From: Eubacteriales bacterium
GTDB lineage: Bacteria; Bacillota; Clostridia; Oscillospirales; CAG-272
Direction of reading: 5' to 3'
DNA length: 35,152 nucleotides
Assembly (NCBI GenBank): GCA_045633665.1
Contig: JAZQYT010000259.1
Location: 1-35,152 of the forward strand
The position numbers and the translations under genes are program-made. This document shows positions 27,905 through 35,152 of the stretch, piece by piece. The first letter of the stretch is position 1; each line of letters begins with the position of its first letter. A model generated the notes under the pieces. That model did not search any database. It had not been told where the DNA came from and was given only the letters and a program-made list of their open reading frames with translations.

Positions 27905-29005
27905 ATGAATAACGCTCAGATATTTTTGGTTGCAGAAAAATTCTGCATTAATGGTGAACCTATTTCCGTGACAGAATGTACGACAGGTCACATCAATTCC
28001 ACTTATTTTGTTGACTGTTCTTCAGAAGAAGGCTTGTCCAGATACGTTCTGCAGATCGTCAACACCTCTATTTTTAAAAAACCGGACCAGGTCATGCAGA
28101 ACATTCTGCACGTAACAAAGCACATAGAAAACAAGCTGATCGCCTGTGGTGGTGACAGCGAAAGAGGTACGCTGCACATTGTTTTTACCAAGGATGGAAA
28201 TTATGCATACGTTGACCAGGAGGACTCTTATTGGCGCGCGTACAAATTCGTAGAAAACGCAACGTGCTATCAGGCCGTTGAATCGGAAGAAATGTTTACC
28301 AAGGTTGGCAAGGCGTTCGGAAATTTCCAAAAGCAGCTGGCCGACTTTGATGCGTCCTTACTTTATGAAACCATCCCCAATTTCCATAATACCGAAGACA
28401 GGCTGCGTCAGCTTGTCACGGCAATCGAAAATGACGCGGCAGGAAGACGCAGTAGTGTGCGCGATGAAATTGCATTTGTGCTGCAAAGAAAGGATTCTTG
28501 CAGCTATATCAACGAGCGTATTGCTGACGGCAGAATTCCTTTGCGTGTGACGCATAATGATACCAAGCTCAACAACATTATGCTTGACAATGAAACGGGG
28601 GAAGGCATTTGTGTCATTGACCTTGATACGGTGATGCCCGGCTCCGTGCTCGCTGATTTCGGTGACAGTATCCGTTTCGGCGCGTCCTCTGCGGCAGAAG
28701 ACGAAACGGATCTTGATAAGGTCTACGTTCGTCTTGAGATGTTTGATGCATTCGCCAAGGGCTTTATTGAAGGTCTGGATCACTCCCTGACCGAGCAGGA
28801 AATCCTTTCTTTGCCCATGGGTGCGTATATACTGACTTTGGAAACAGGTATTCGTTTTTTGACCGACTATTTGAATGGTGATACGTATTTCAGAACATCC
28901 TACAGTCAACATAATCTTGACCGCGCCCGCAATCAGTTCAAGCTTGTTGCAGATATGGAAGAAAAAATGGACCAGATGGATCTGATCATTCGCAAGTATT
29001 TGTAA
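27905..29005 (+). CDS. APH-fold sugar 1-kinase, N-acetylhexosamine 1-kinase (NahK)-like
   Basis: GHINST, ETIPNFHNT, THNDTKLNN (Brenner-type motif), VIDLDTVMPG, DFGDSIR, RFLTDYLNGDTYF, HNLDRARNQ. Confidence 0.82.
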   Translation: MNNAQIFLVAEKFCINGEPISVTECTTGHINSTYFVDCSSEEGLSRYVLQIVNTSIFKKPDQVMQNILHVTKHIENKLIACGGDSERGTLHIVFTKDGNYAYVDQEDSYWRAYKFVENATCYQAVESEEMFTKVGKAFGNFQKQLADFDASLLYETIPNFHNTEDRLRQLVTAIENDAAGRRSSVRDEIAFVLQRKDSCSYINERIADGRIPLRVTHNDTKLNNIMLDNETGEGICVIDLDTVMPGSVLADFGDSIRFGASSAAEDETDLDKVYVRLEMFDAFAKGFIEGLDHSLTEQEILSLPMGAYILTLETGIRFLTDYLNGDTYFRTSYSQHNLDRARNQFKLVADMEEKMDQMDLIIRKYL

Positions 29006-29021
29006 AACGGAGGAATAAAAA

Positions 29022-30041
29022 ATGGCAGTTCTTATCACAGGCGGCGCGGGCTTTATCGGCTCTCATGCCGCAGTTGAATTTCTGAACAAGGGTTATGAGC
29101 TTGTAATCCTTGATAACTTTTCCAACAGTAAGCCCTGTGTCCTGGATCGTATCCGTCAGATCACGGGCAAGGATTTCAGATTCTATCAGATCGATCTTTT
29201 GGACAAGGCAGCACTTGACAAGATGTTTGACGAGTGTCCCGATATTGATTCCTGCATTCACTTCGCTGGACTGAAAGCAGTTGGCGAATCGGTCAAATTG
29301 CCTTTGATGTATTATCATAACAATCTTACCGGTACGATCAACCTTTGCAATTCCATGAAGGAGCACAATGTCAAGACCATCGTGTTCAGCTCCTCTGCAA
29401 CGGTTTACGGTGATCCTGCAACTGTTCCGATCCGTGAGGATTTCCCGACCGGCAATACGACCAATCCTTACGGTGAAACCAAGCACATGATCGAGCGTAT
29501 TCTTAAGGACGTATATGTGGCAGATCCTGCTTGGAGTATTTCGATCCTTCGTTACTTCAATCCTATCGGTGCGCACGAAAGCGGCCTGATCGGTGAAGAT
29601 CCCACAGGCATTCCCAACAATCTGTTGCCTTATATTACGCAGGTCGCATCGGGTAAGCGTGAATTTCTGCACGTTTACGGTAACGACTATCCCACTCATG
29701 ATGGCACGGGCGTACGTGACTACATTCACGTAGTGGACCTGGCACGCGCACATCTTTCCGCACTTGAGCTTGCACTCAAGCAACAGGGAATTGAGTATTT
29801 CAACATTGGCACGGGCAACGGATATTCCGTGCTGGACGTGGTTCACGCCTTTGAAAAGGTAACGGGCAAGCCTTTGCCTTACCGTGTTGAAGCACGTCGC
29901 CCCGGTGATATCGCTACCTGCTATGCAGATCCTGCAAAGGCAGAAAAAATGCTTGGTTGGAAGGCTGAATACGATATGGATCGTATGTGCCGCGATGCTT
30001 ATCGTTGGCAGAGCATGAATCCCAACGGATATGGAGATTGA
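29022..30041 (+). CDS. galE: UDP-glucose 4-epimerase
   Basis: TGGAGFIGSH, HFAGLKAVGES, SSSATVYG, PYGETK (YxxxK), LRYFNP, RDYIHV. Confidence 0.97.
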   Translation: MAVLITGGAGFIGSHAAVEFLNKGYELVILDNFSNSKPCVLDRIRQITGKDFRFYQIDLLDKAALDKMFDECPDIDSCIHFAGLKAVGESVKLPLMYYHNNLTGTINLCNSMKEHNVKTIVFSSSATVYGDPATVPIREDFPTGNTTNPYGETKHMIERILKDVYVADPAWSISILRYFNPIGAHESGLIGEDPTGIPNNLLPYITQVASGKREFLHVYGNDYPTHDGTGVRDYIHVVDLARAHLSALELALKQQGIEYFNIGTGNGYSVLDVVHAFEKVTGKPLPYRVEARRPGDIATCYADPAKAEKMLGWKAEYDMDRMCRDAYRWQSMNPNGYGD

Positions 30042-30046
30042 TTGAT

Positions 30047-31108
30047 ATGGTAACAAAAGAGTTATTCGGTTATACGCCCGACGGACAGGAAGTGTATTGC
30101 TATACTCTGCAGCATCATGCAGGCGGTATTCGCGCAAAGATCTGTGAATTCGGCGGAACACTGATGGGCATTGAAGCCCCCGACCGCAACGGTTGCTATA
30201 CGAACGTGGTGTGCGGCTATGACAGTCTTGCAGATCTGATGGAATCCGACGGATACGTGGGTGCGCTGATCGGCAGATATGCAAACCGTATCGGAAACGC
30301 AACCTTTACGCTGGACTCTCAGGAATACAAGCTTTATCCCAATGATAACGATAAGAATACGTTGCATGGCGGCAAGGTCGGCTTTTCGCATAAGGTCTGG
30401 GCTTCCTCGTATTCCGATACGACACAGCCTAGCGTGTATCTGACCTTGATCTCTCCCGATATGGAAGAGGGATTCCCGGGTGAGCTGACCTGCACTGTGA
30501 CCTACCGCATTACCGAGGACGATTCGCTTGCCATCGACTATAAGGCGATGACCACCAAAACGACTGTGATCAGCATGACCAATCATGCGTATTTCAACCT
30601 GAGTGGCTTTGCTTCGGGTAAGGTATTTGACCAGATACTGCAGATGGATGCAGGCTGCTATCTGAAAACCGATGAGAATCTGATCCCCACCGGTGAGATC
30701 ACTTCTGTTGAGGGAACGCCCTTTGATTTCCGCATTGCCAAGCCGATCGGACAGGATTTCTTTGCCGATAACGTTGATCTCAAGATCGCGGGCGGATACG
30801 ATCATTGCTGGTGCTTTGATGCGTATGACGGCAAGATCAGACGCGTCATTACCGCATATGATCCCAAGACGGGCAGAGCAATGGACGTGCGCACCGATAT
30901 GCCTTGCGTGCAGTTCTACAGCGGCAACTTCCTGACCGATGACGGACATCCTTTCTTTGGCGGATATCGCAAGGCAACGCAGAACGCTTTTTGCCTTGAA
31001 ACGCAGATCATGCCGGATAGCCCCAATCACCCCGAGTTTACGAATTGTGTTCTCAAGCCGGGTGATCTTTACAGCACCACTACGGAATATAAGTTCTACG
31101 TGAAATAA
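30047..31108 (+). CDS. galM: Aldose 1-epimerase (galactose mutarotase)
   Basis: GRYANRI, LHGG, TNHAYFNL, GGYDH, QFYSGN, FCLETQ; GGAG before ATG 30047. Confidence 0.95.
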   Translation: MVTKELFGYTPDGQEVYCYTLQHHAGGIRAKICEFGGTLMGIEAPDRNGCYTNVVCGYDSLADLMESDGYVGALIGRYANRIGNATFTLDSQEYKLYPNDNDKNTLHGGKVGFSHKVWASSYSDTTQPSVYLTLISPDMEEGFPGELTCTVTYRITEDDSLAIDYKAMTTKTTVISMTNHAYFNLSGFASGKVFDQILQMDAGCYLKTDENLIPTGEITSVEGTPFDFRIAKPIGQDFFADNVDLKIAGGYDHCWCFDAYDGKIRRVITAYDPKTGRAMDVRTDMPCVQFYSGNFLTDDGHPFFGGYRKATQNAFCLETQIMPDSPNHPEFTNCVLKPGDLYSTTTEYKFYVK

Positions 31109-31114
31109 CACCTT

Positions 31115-31145
31115 GAAAAAGCCATTCGACAAGAATGGCTTTTTC
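31115..31145 (+). terminator. Rho-independent terminator after galM
   Basis: GAAAAAGCCATTC-GACAA-GAATGGCTTTTTC. Confidence 0.85.
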
Positions 31146-31174
31146 TCATAAATTAACGGTAAGATTCATATATT
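31146..31174 (+). promoter_or_regulatory. Putative sporulation (sigmaE-like) promoter of the dac gene
   Basis: TCATAAA (31146-31152), 14 bp, CATATATT (31167-31174); near-identical to the yabP promoter. Confidence 0.55.
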
Positions 31175-31196
31175 GCATCGAAAGGCGGTGTATGAT

Positions 31197-32414
31197 ATGA
31201 AAATCAAAAATAGAAGAATCGGCATCAAAGTGTTGATTATTTCAGTATTGATGTGTTTGCTTACCACGACAGTTATGGCTGACTCCGACACTATGCTGAT
31301 ATCCGAGCCGGAGCAAACACCTTGGCAGACGGTTGGCAACAACGCTGCGTTTGAAGAAGAGTTGGCTTGCAAATCTGCTGTTTTGATGGAAGCGAAAACC
31401 GGAAAGATCCTGTATGAAAAAAATGCGGATGAGGGGCTGCCGCCCGCATCTGTCACAAAAATCATGACGCTGCTGCTGGTCATGGAAGCAATAGAGCAAG
31501 GAAAACTGGATTGGGACGATATGGTAACAGCAAGTGCGCATGCCTGCTCTATGGGTGGCTCACAGATATATCTGAAAGAAAACGAGCGCATGAGCGTTGA
31601 GGATATGGTCAAAAGCGTCGTGATCGCGAGCGCAAACGATGCAGCACTTGCGCTTGCGGAGCATATTGCGGGCAGCGAAAAAAACTTTATTGAGATGATG
31701 AATGAAAAAGCCTTGCAGCTGGATATGCTTAACACCAAGTTTGAAAACACGAACGGACTTGACGATACCACGCTCAATCATTATACGTCAGCCAGGGATA
31801 TTGCTATTATGTCCAAGGAGCTGATCAAGCATGAAAGGATACTTGAATATAGCTCTATCTGGATGGATACCATCCGCGACGGTGCGTTCGGTTTGACCAA
31901 TACAAACAGGTTGGTGCGCTTTTACAGCGGTTGTAACGGTCTGAAAACGGGGTCAACTTCCAAAGCCGGCTTTTGCGTCAGCGCAACGGCAAAGAGGGAT
32001 GGTATGACGCTGATCTGCGTGGTCATGGGTGCGGAGAACAGAGACGTGCGCAATCAGATCGCGACGCAGCTTTTTGATTGGGGATTTTCTAATTATTCTT
32101 TGTTTGCCAAGGAACAGGGAGAATTGACGGGCATTTTGGTCAAGGGCGGTACAGTCAATACTGTAACTGCACAGCATGGCAGCTTTTATTGTGTGTTGCC
32201 AAAAGGAAAACTCTCTCAGGTAAAAACAGAAGCGGTCATGGATCAAGAATACTTTGCAGCCCCATTGCACACGGGTGATAAGCTTGGCAAAGTGGTATTT
32301 TCGCTTGACGGTGAGCAGATCGGAAGTGTCAGTATTCTTTGTATGCAAAACGTGCAGAAGATCTCATTTTGGGGTGTTCTTTACAGAATCATTGCAAAAT
32401 TTCTTTTGATTTAA
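31197..32414 (+). CDS. dacF: D-alanyl-D-alanine carboxypeptidase (peptidase S11, DacF-like)
   Basis: Signal peptide; SVTK (SxxK), SAN, KTG; MGGSQIYL and LTNTNRLVRFY resemble DacF. Confidence 0.85.
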   Translation: MKIKNRRIGIKVLIISVLMCLLTTTVMADSDTMLISEPEQTPWQTVGNNAAFEEELACKSAVLMEAKTGKILYEKNADEGLPPASVTKIMTLLLVMEAIEQGKLDWDDMVTASAHACSMGGSQIYLKENERMSVEDMVKSVVIASANDAALALAEHIAGSEKNFIEMMNEKALQLDMLNTKFENTNGLDDTTLNHYTSARDIAIMSKELIKHERILEYSSIWMDTIRDGAFGLTNTNRLVRFYSGCNGLKTGSTSKAGFCVSATAKRDGMTLICVVMGAENRDVRNQIATQLFDWGFSNYSLFAKEQGELTGILVKGGTVNTVTAQHGSFYCVLPKGKLSQVKTEAVMDQEYFAAPLHTGDKLGKVVFSLDGEQIGSVSILCMQNVQKISFWGVLYRIIAKFLLI

Positions 32415-32436
32415 TGTAAAAATACGCGTTCAGGAC

Positions 32437-32465
32437 TTGAAAAATCAAGTAAAATGGAGTATAAT
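32437..32465 (+). promoter_or_regulatory. sigmaA promoter of pgi
   Basis: TTGAAA, 17 bp, TATAAT. Confidence 0.7.
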
Positions 32466-32512
32466 AAACTCATACGCCTGTATGGGCGAATTCAGAAAAA
32501 AGGCGGTATAAC

Positions 32513-33850
32513 ATGGCTATCCGACTGAATGACAATTATCTCAACGGATTTATCCGTGAGCAGGAGTACAAAGCAATTCAACCGCAAGTGACTGCTGCAC
32601 ACAAAATGCTGGTGGAAAAGACCGGTCTTGGCAACGATTTTCTTGGCTGGACAACGCTGCCGGATGATTACGACAAGCAGGAATTTGCAAAGATCAAGGA
32701 ATGCGCAGAAAAGATCCAAAAATCTTGTGACATATTCATTGTGATTGGCATCGGCGGCTCTTACCTCGGCGCACGTGCGGTGATTGAATACTTGAAGTCT
32801 CCGTTATATAACAGCTTGAAAAAGGATACTCCCGACATCTATTTCGCAGGCTGCAATATCAGCGCAGCTTCGATCGCGGAGCTTTTGAGCATTTGCGAAG
32901 GCAAGGACGTTTGCATTAACGTGATCTCCAAATCCGGTACGACGACCGAGCCTGCCGTTGCATTCCGCGTATTCCGCAATATGCTGGAGGAAAAGTACGG
33001 CGAAGAGGGCGCAAAAGAGCGCATTTTCGTAACCACAGACCGTCAAAAAGGCACGCTGAAGGCCTTTTCCGATCAGAAGGGCTACCAGACCTTTGTGGTG
33101 CCTGATGACGTTGGCGGCAGATTCTCGGTGCTCACAGCAGTAGGCCTTTTGCCGATCGCAGTTGCAGGCATTGACGTTGATGCGCTGATGAAGGGCGCTG
33201 ACGATGCAAGACTTGCATATACCGACGACTGCATCTGCAACAACGATTGCTATAAATACGCTGCGATCAGAAACATTCTGTACAGAAAGGGAAAGACCAC
33301 CGAAATTCTGGTTGGTTATGAAACCTATGCACAGATGTTCAACGAATGGTGGAAGCAGCTTTACGGTGAGAGCGAGGGGAAGGATCAAAAGGGCATTTTC
33401 CCGGCATCTGTCATTTTCTCCACAGACCTGCACTCCTTGGGCCAGTACATTCAGGACGGTGTACGCAATCTGTTTGAAACCGTTATCTCTATTGAGAACA
33501 GTGACGTAACCTTTGAGATCCCGAACGATCCTGCGAACGTGGACGGCTTGAACTTCTTGTCCGGTGTGGATCTGAACGTAGTCAAGAAGACCGCAATGCA
33601 GGGCACGCTTCTTGCACACGTTGATGGCGGTGTACCCAACGTTCTGATCGAGGTCAAGGATCGCAGCGCTTACTCACTTGGCTATATGATCTATTTCTTC
33701 GAGCTTGCTTGCGCGATCTCGGGCTACATGCTGGGAGTCAATCCGTTTGACCAACCGGGCGTTGAAGCATACAAGAAAAACATGTTTGCGCTGCTTGGAA
33801 AGCCCGGTTACGAGGAAATGAAGCAAAAACTTGAAGCAAGATTGGGATAA
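32513..33850 (+). CDS. pgi: Glucose-6-phosphate isomerase
   Basis: [48 protein letters not shown]. Confidence 0.98.
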   Translation: MAIRLNDNYLNGFIREQEYKAIQPQVTAAHKMLVEKTGLGNDFLGWTTLPDDYDKQEFAKIKECAEKIQKSCDIFIVIGIGGSYLGARAVIEYLKSPLYNSLKKDTPDIYFAGCNISAASIAELLSICEGKDVCINVISKSGTTTEPAVAFRVFRNMLEEKYGEEGAKERIFVTTDRQKGTLKAFSDQKGYQTFVVPDDVGGRFSVLTAVGLLPIAVAGIDVDALMKGADDARLAYTDDCICNNDCYKYAAIRNILYRKGKTTEILVGYETYAQMFNEWWKQLYGESEGKDQKGIFPASVIFSTDLHSLGQYIQDGVRNLFETVISIENSDVTFEIPNDPANVDGLNFLSGVDLNVVKKTAMQGTLLAHVDGGVPNVLIEVKDRSAYSLGYMIYFFELACAISGYMLGVNPFDQPGVEAYKKNMFALLGKPGYEEMKQKLEARLG

Positions 33851-33865
33851 ATTTTCAAAAAGGTC

Positions 33866-33894
33866 TTGTAATATTTCAAAATATACTGTATAAT
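33866..33894 (+). promoter_or_regulatory. sigmaA promoter of the P-loop protein gene
   Basis: TTGTAA (33866-33871), 17 bp, TATAAT (33889-33894). Confidence 0.6.
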
Positions 33895-33925
33895 GTAATA
33901 AAGCATACTATGGAGGTCTAAATAC

Positions 33926-34333
33926 ATGCTCAAATTGCTCATTGGTGTTAAAGGCACCGGAAAAACAAAGACTTTGATTGAACTGGTTAACGACGCACTT
34001 TCCAAGACGCACGGTGACGTGGTCTGCATCGAAAAGGGTGTTAAACTGAGATACGACATCAAGTATCAGGCAAGACTGATCAACACCAACGAATATCTCG
34101 TATTCGACGGTGAGTCCCTGTATGGCTTTATCGCAGGCATTCTTGCAAGCAACCACGACGTTTCCGATCTGTTTGTAGACTCTGCACTCAAGATCTGCAA
34201 CGAGGATCGTGCTGCATTCGAGAAGATGGTTTTGGCTGTTGACGAGCTCTGCTCCAAGATGAACGTTAACGTTGTCATGACTTCCTCGCTGCCTGTGGAA
34301 GAAGCTTCCGATACTATTAAGAAGTATCTGTAA
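33926..34333 (+). CDS. Conserved small clostridial P-loop NTP-binding protein, function unknown
   Basis: Walker A GVKGTGKT at the N-terminus, Walker B-like LFVDS; GGAGG RBS. Confidence 0.8.
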   Translation: MLKLLIGVKGTGKTKTLIELVNDALSKTHGDVVCIEKGVKLRYDIKYQARLINTNEYLVFDGESLYGFIAGILASNHDVSDLFVDSALKICNEDRAAFEKMVLAVDELCSKMNVNVVMTSSLPVEEASDTIKKYL

Positions 34334-34340
34334 TGTCTTT

Positions 34341-34372
34341 ATGAAAAAAGAGGCTTATGCCTCTTTTTTCAT
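34341..34372. terminator. Bidirectional Rho-independent terminator
   Basis: ATGAAAAAAGAGGC-TTAT-GCCTCTTTTTTCAT, perfect 14-bp stem with a U tract on both strands. Confidence 0.88.
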
Positions 34373-34388
34373 CTTTGATGGAGGATTA

Positions 34389-34523
34389 GCGTGAAAGTTC
34401 ACGTCATACTCCTGTTTACTTCACCGTTCACGCCTAAACTTCACCTAAAAATGGGACCCAACCCATTTTTGGAGCAAAGCTCCGCGGTGAAGTTTTCAAC
34501 ACTATTTGAGCCGCCATGGCGGC
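34389..34523. other. Multi-stem palindromic element (candidate structured RNA leader or REP/MITE-like repeat)
   Basis: Closing stem AAACTTCACC/GGTGAAGTTT enclosing AAAAATGGG/CCCATTTTT and GGAGC/GCTCC; further pairings upstream; palindrome GCCGCCATGGCGGC. Confidence 0.6.
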
Positions 34524-34534
34524 ATGGAGATTAA
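34391..34534 (+). CDS. Putative 47-aa leader peptide upstream of the secB-like gene (below ORF-track cutoff)
   Basis: GGAGG (34380-34384), 6 nt, GTG; reads MKVHVILLFTSPFTPKLHLKMGPNPFLEQSSAVKFSTLFEPPWRHGD; TAA is 1 nt before the next ATG. No homology evidence. Confidence 0.3.
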   Translation: MKVHVILLFTSPFTPKLHLKMGPNPFLEQSSAVKFSTLFEPPWRHGD

Positions 34535-34535
34535 T

Positions 34536-34937
34536 ATGAAAAGCCTTGCACTAAAAACGTATCGGATCACCGATATCAAGTTTCAGAATCACGCTGTTGC
34601 TGCAGGAAAAACGAAGCTGGAAACCAAATATACCTATCAGGTGAAGTTTGCGAACAATAATACGTGTCGTGCCGAGATGAAGGTGTCGGTTTCAGATCGT
34701 GAGAATCCCGAGCAGCTTACATTGGAGCTGACCTTGGTCGGCGTGTTTGAAATTGCTGCTGATCACGATAAGGAGCTTTTGCACAAGGAATCCTTTAAGG
34801 AGCTTTATCCTTACGTAAGGGCTGCGGTTTCCACAATTACGGCCAACACGGGAATATTACCGATTATTATTCCCGAGGTGGATATCGATAATCAGGATAT
34901 CTATCGGTATAATCCCGAGCTGTTTTCAAATAAATAA
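34536..34937 (+). CDS. SecB-like chaperone
   Basis: 133 aa; beta-rich N-terminal part ending LTLVGVFE, then LYPYVRAAVSTITANTGILPIIIPEVD matching the SecB LFPYxRxxxSxxTxxxGxxPxxLPxxN pattern; GGAG RBS. Confidence 0.8.
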   Translation: MKSLALKTYRITDIKFQNHAVAAGKTKLETKYTYQVKFANNNTCRAEMKVSVSDRENPEQLTLELTLVGVFEIAADHDKELLHKESFKELYPYVRAAVSTITANTGILPIIIPEVDIDNQDIYRYNPELFSNK

Positions 34938-34961
34938 TTTTGAGAATTTTTCAAAAAGGGG

Positions 34962-34990
34962 TTGCATTTCGCTGGTATTTGTGATATAAT
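34962..34990 (+). promoter_or_regulatory. sigmaA promoter of the tRNA gene
   Basis: A-rich UP-like element, TTGCAT (34962-34967), 17 bp, TATAAT (34985-34990) with extended TG. Confidence 0.75.
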
Positions 34991-35001
34991 ACCAAGCGTT
35001 C

Positions 35002-35078
35002 GGAGGCGTAGCTCAGTTGGTCAGAGCGCACGGTTCACATCCGTGAGGTCATGGGTTCGAGCCCCCTCGTCTCCACCA
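35002..35078 (+). tRNA. tRNA-Val (anticodon CAC)
   Basis: Acceptor GGAGGCG/CGTCTCC, D stem GCTC/GAGC, anticodon arm CACGG-TTCACAT-CCGTG, T loop TTCGAGC, discriminator A and encoded CCA. Confidence 0.95.
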
Positions 35079-35080
35079 AC

Positions 35081-35120
35081 AAAAAACGCACTTTTGTCTA
35101 TCGACAAAGGTGCGTTTTTT
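35081..35120 (+). terminator. Rho-independent terminator after the tRNA
   Basis: AAAAAACGCACTTTTGTC-TATC-GACAAAGGTGCGTTTTTT. Confidence 0.85.
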
Positions 35121-35152
35121 GAATGATGTTTGCCTTCGGCAAATGATGTTGG

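Noticed and set aside
28986-31132. 438-aa and 356-aa ORFs antisense to galE/galM (likewise 25286-26152 and 32804-33619)
   Set aside because: All in register with real genes; explained by the same codon bias.
33926-34937. P-loop gene plus SecB-like gene as a TAC toxin-antitoxin-chaperone system
   Set aside because: The upstream protein has no toxin or HTH antitoxin features and is separated by a strong terminator.

Overview
Core-chromosome segment of a spore-forming Firmicute (Clostridia, probably Oscillospirales-like; inferred from gene content, GGAGG ribosome-binding sites and sigmaA/sigmaE-type promoters). Order: partial DUF4091 gene; cdaA-cdaR-FAD oxidoreductase-recJ-rel-dtd-hemZ-nucleoside kinase; spoVB/yabM-like flippase-mazG-hup-yabO(rqcP)-yabP-yabQ-divIC-smpB; two divergent GH78 alpha-L-rhamnosidase genes around a BspA-type LRR gene and a ~700 bp structured intergenic region; a DUF2974 hydrolase; a Crp/Fnr regulator with a NitT/TauT-type ABC importer; a nucleotidyltransferase-HexNAc 1-kinase-like-galE-galM operon; dacF-like; pgi; a small P-loop protein; a solitary SecB-like chaperone preceded by a multi-stem element and an uncalled 47-codon leader ORF; and tRNA-Val(CAC). 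I saw no transposase, integrase, CRISPR array, rRNA or tmRNA. The best candidates for undescribed biology are the structured leader/uORF-secB-like unit, the galK/galT-less sugar-activation operon together with the absence of glmM after cdaAR, and the 19.3-20.0 kb intergenic region. All calls come from manual motif recognition; no searches were run.
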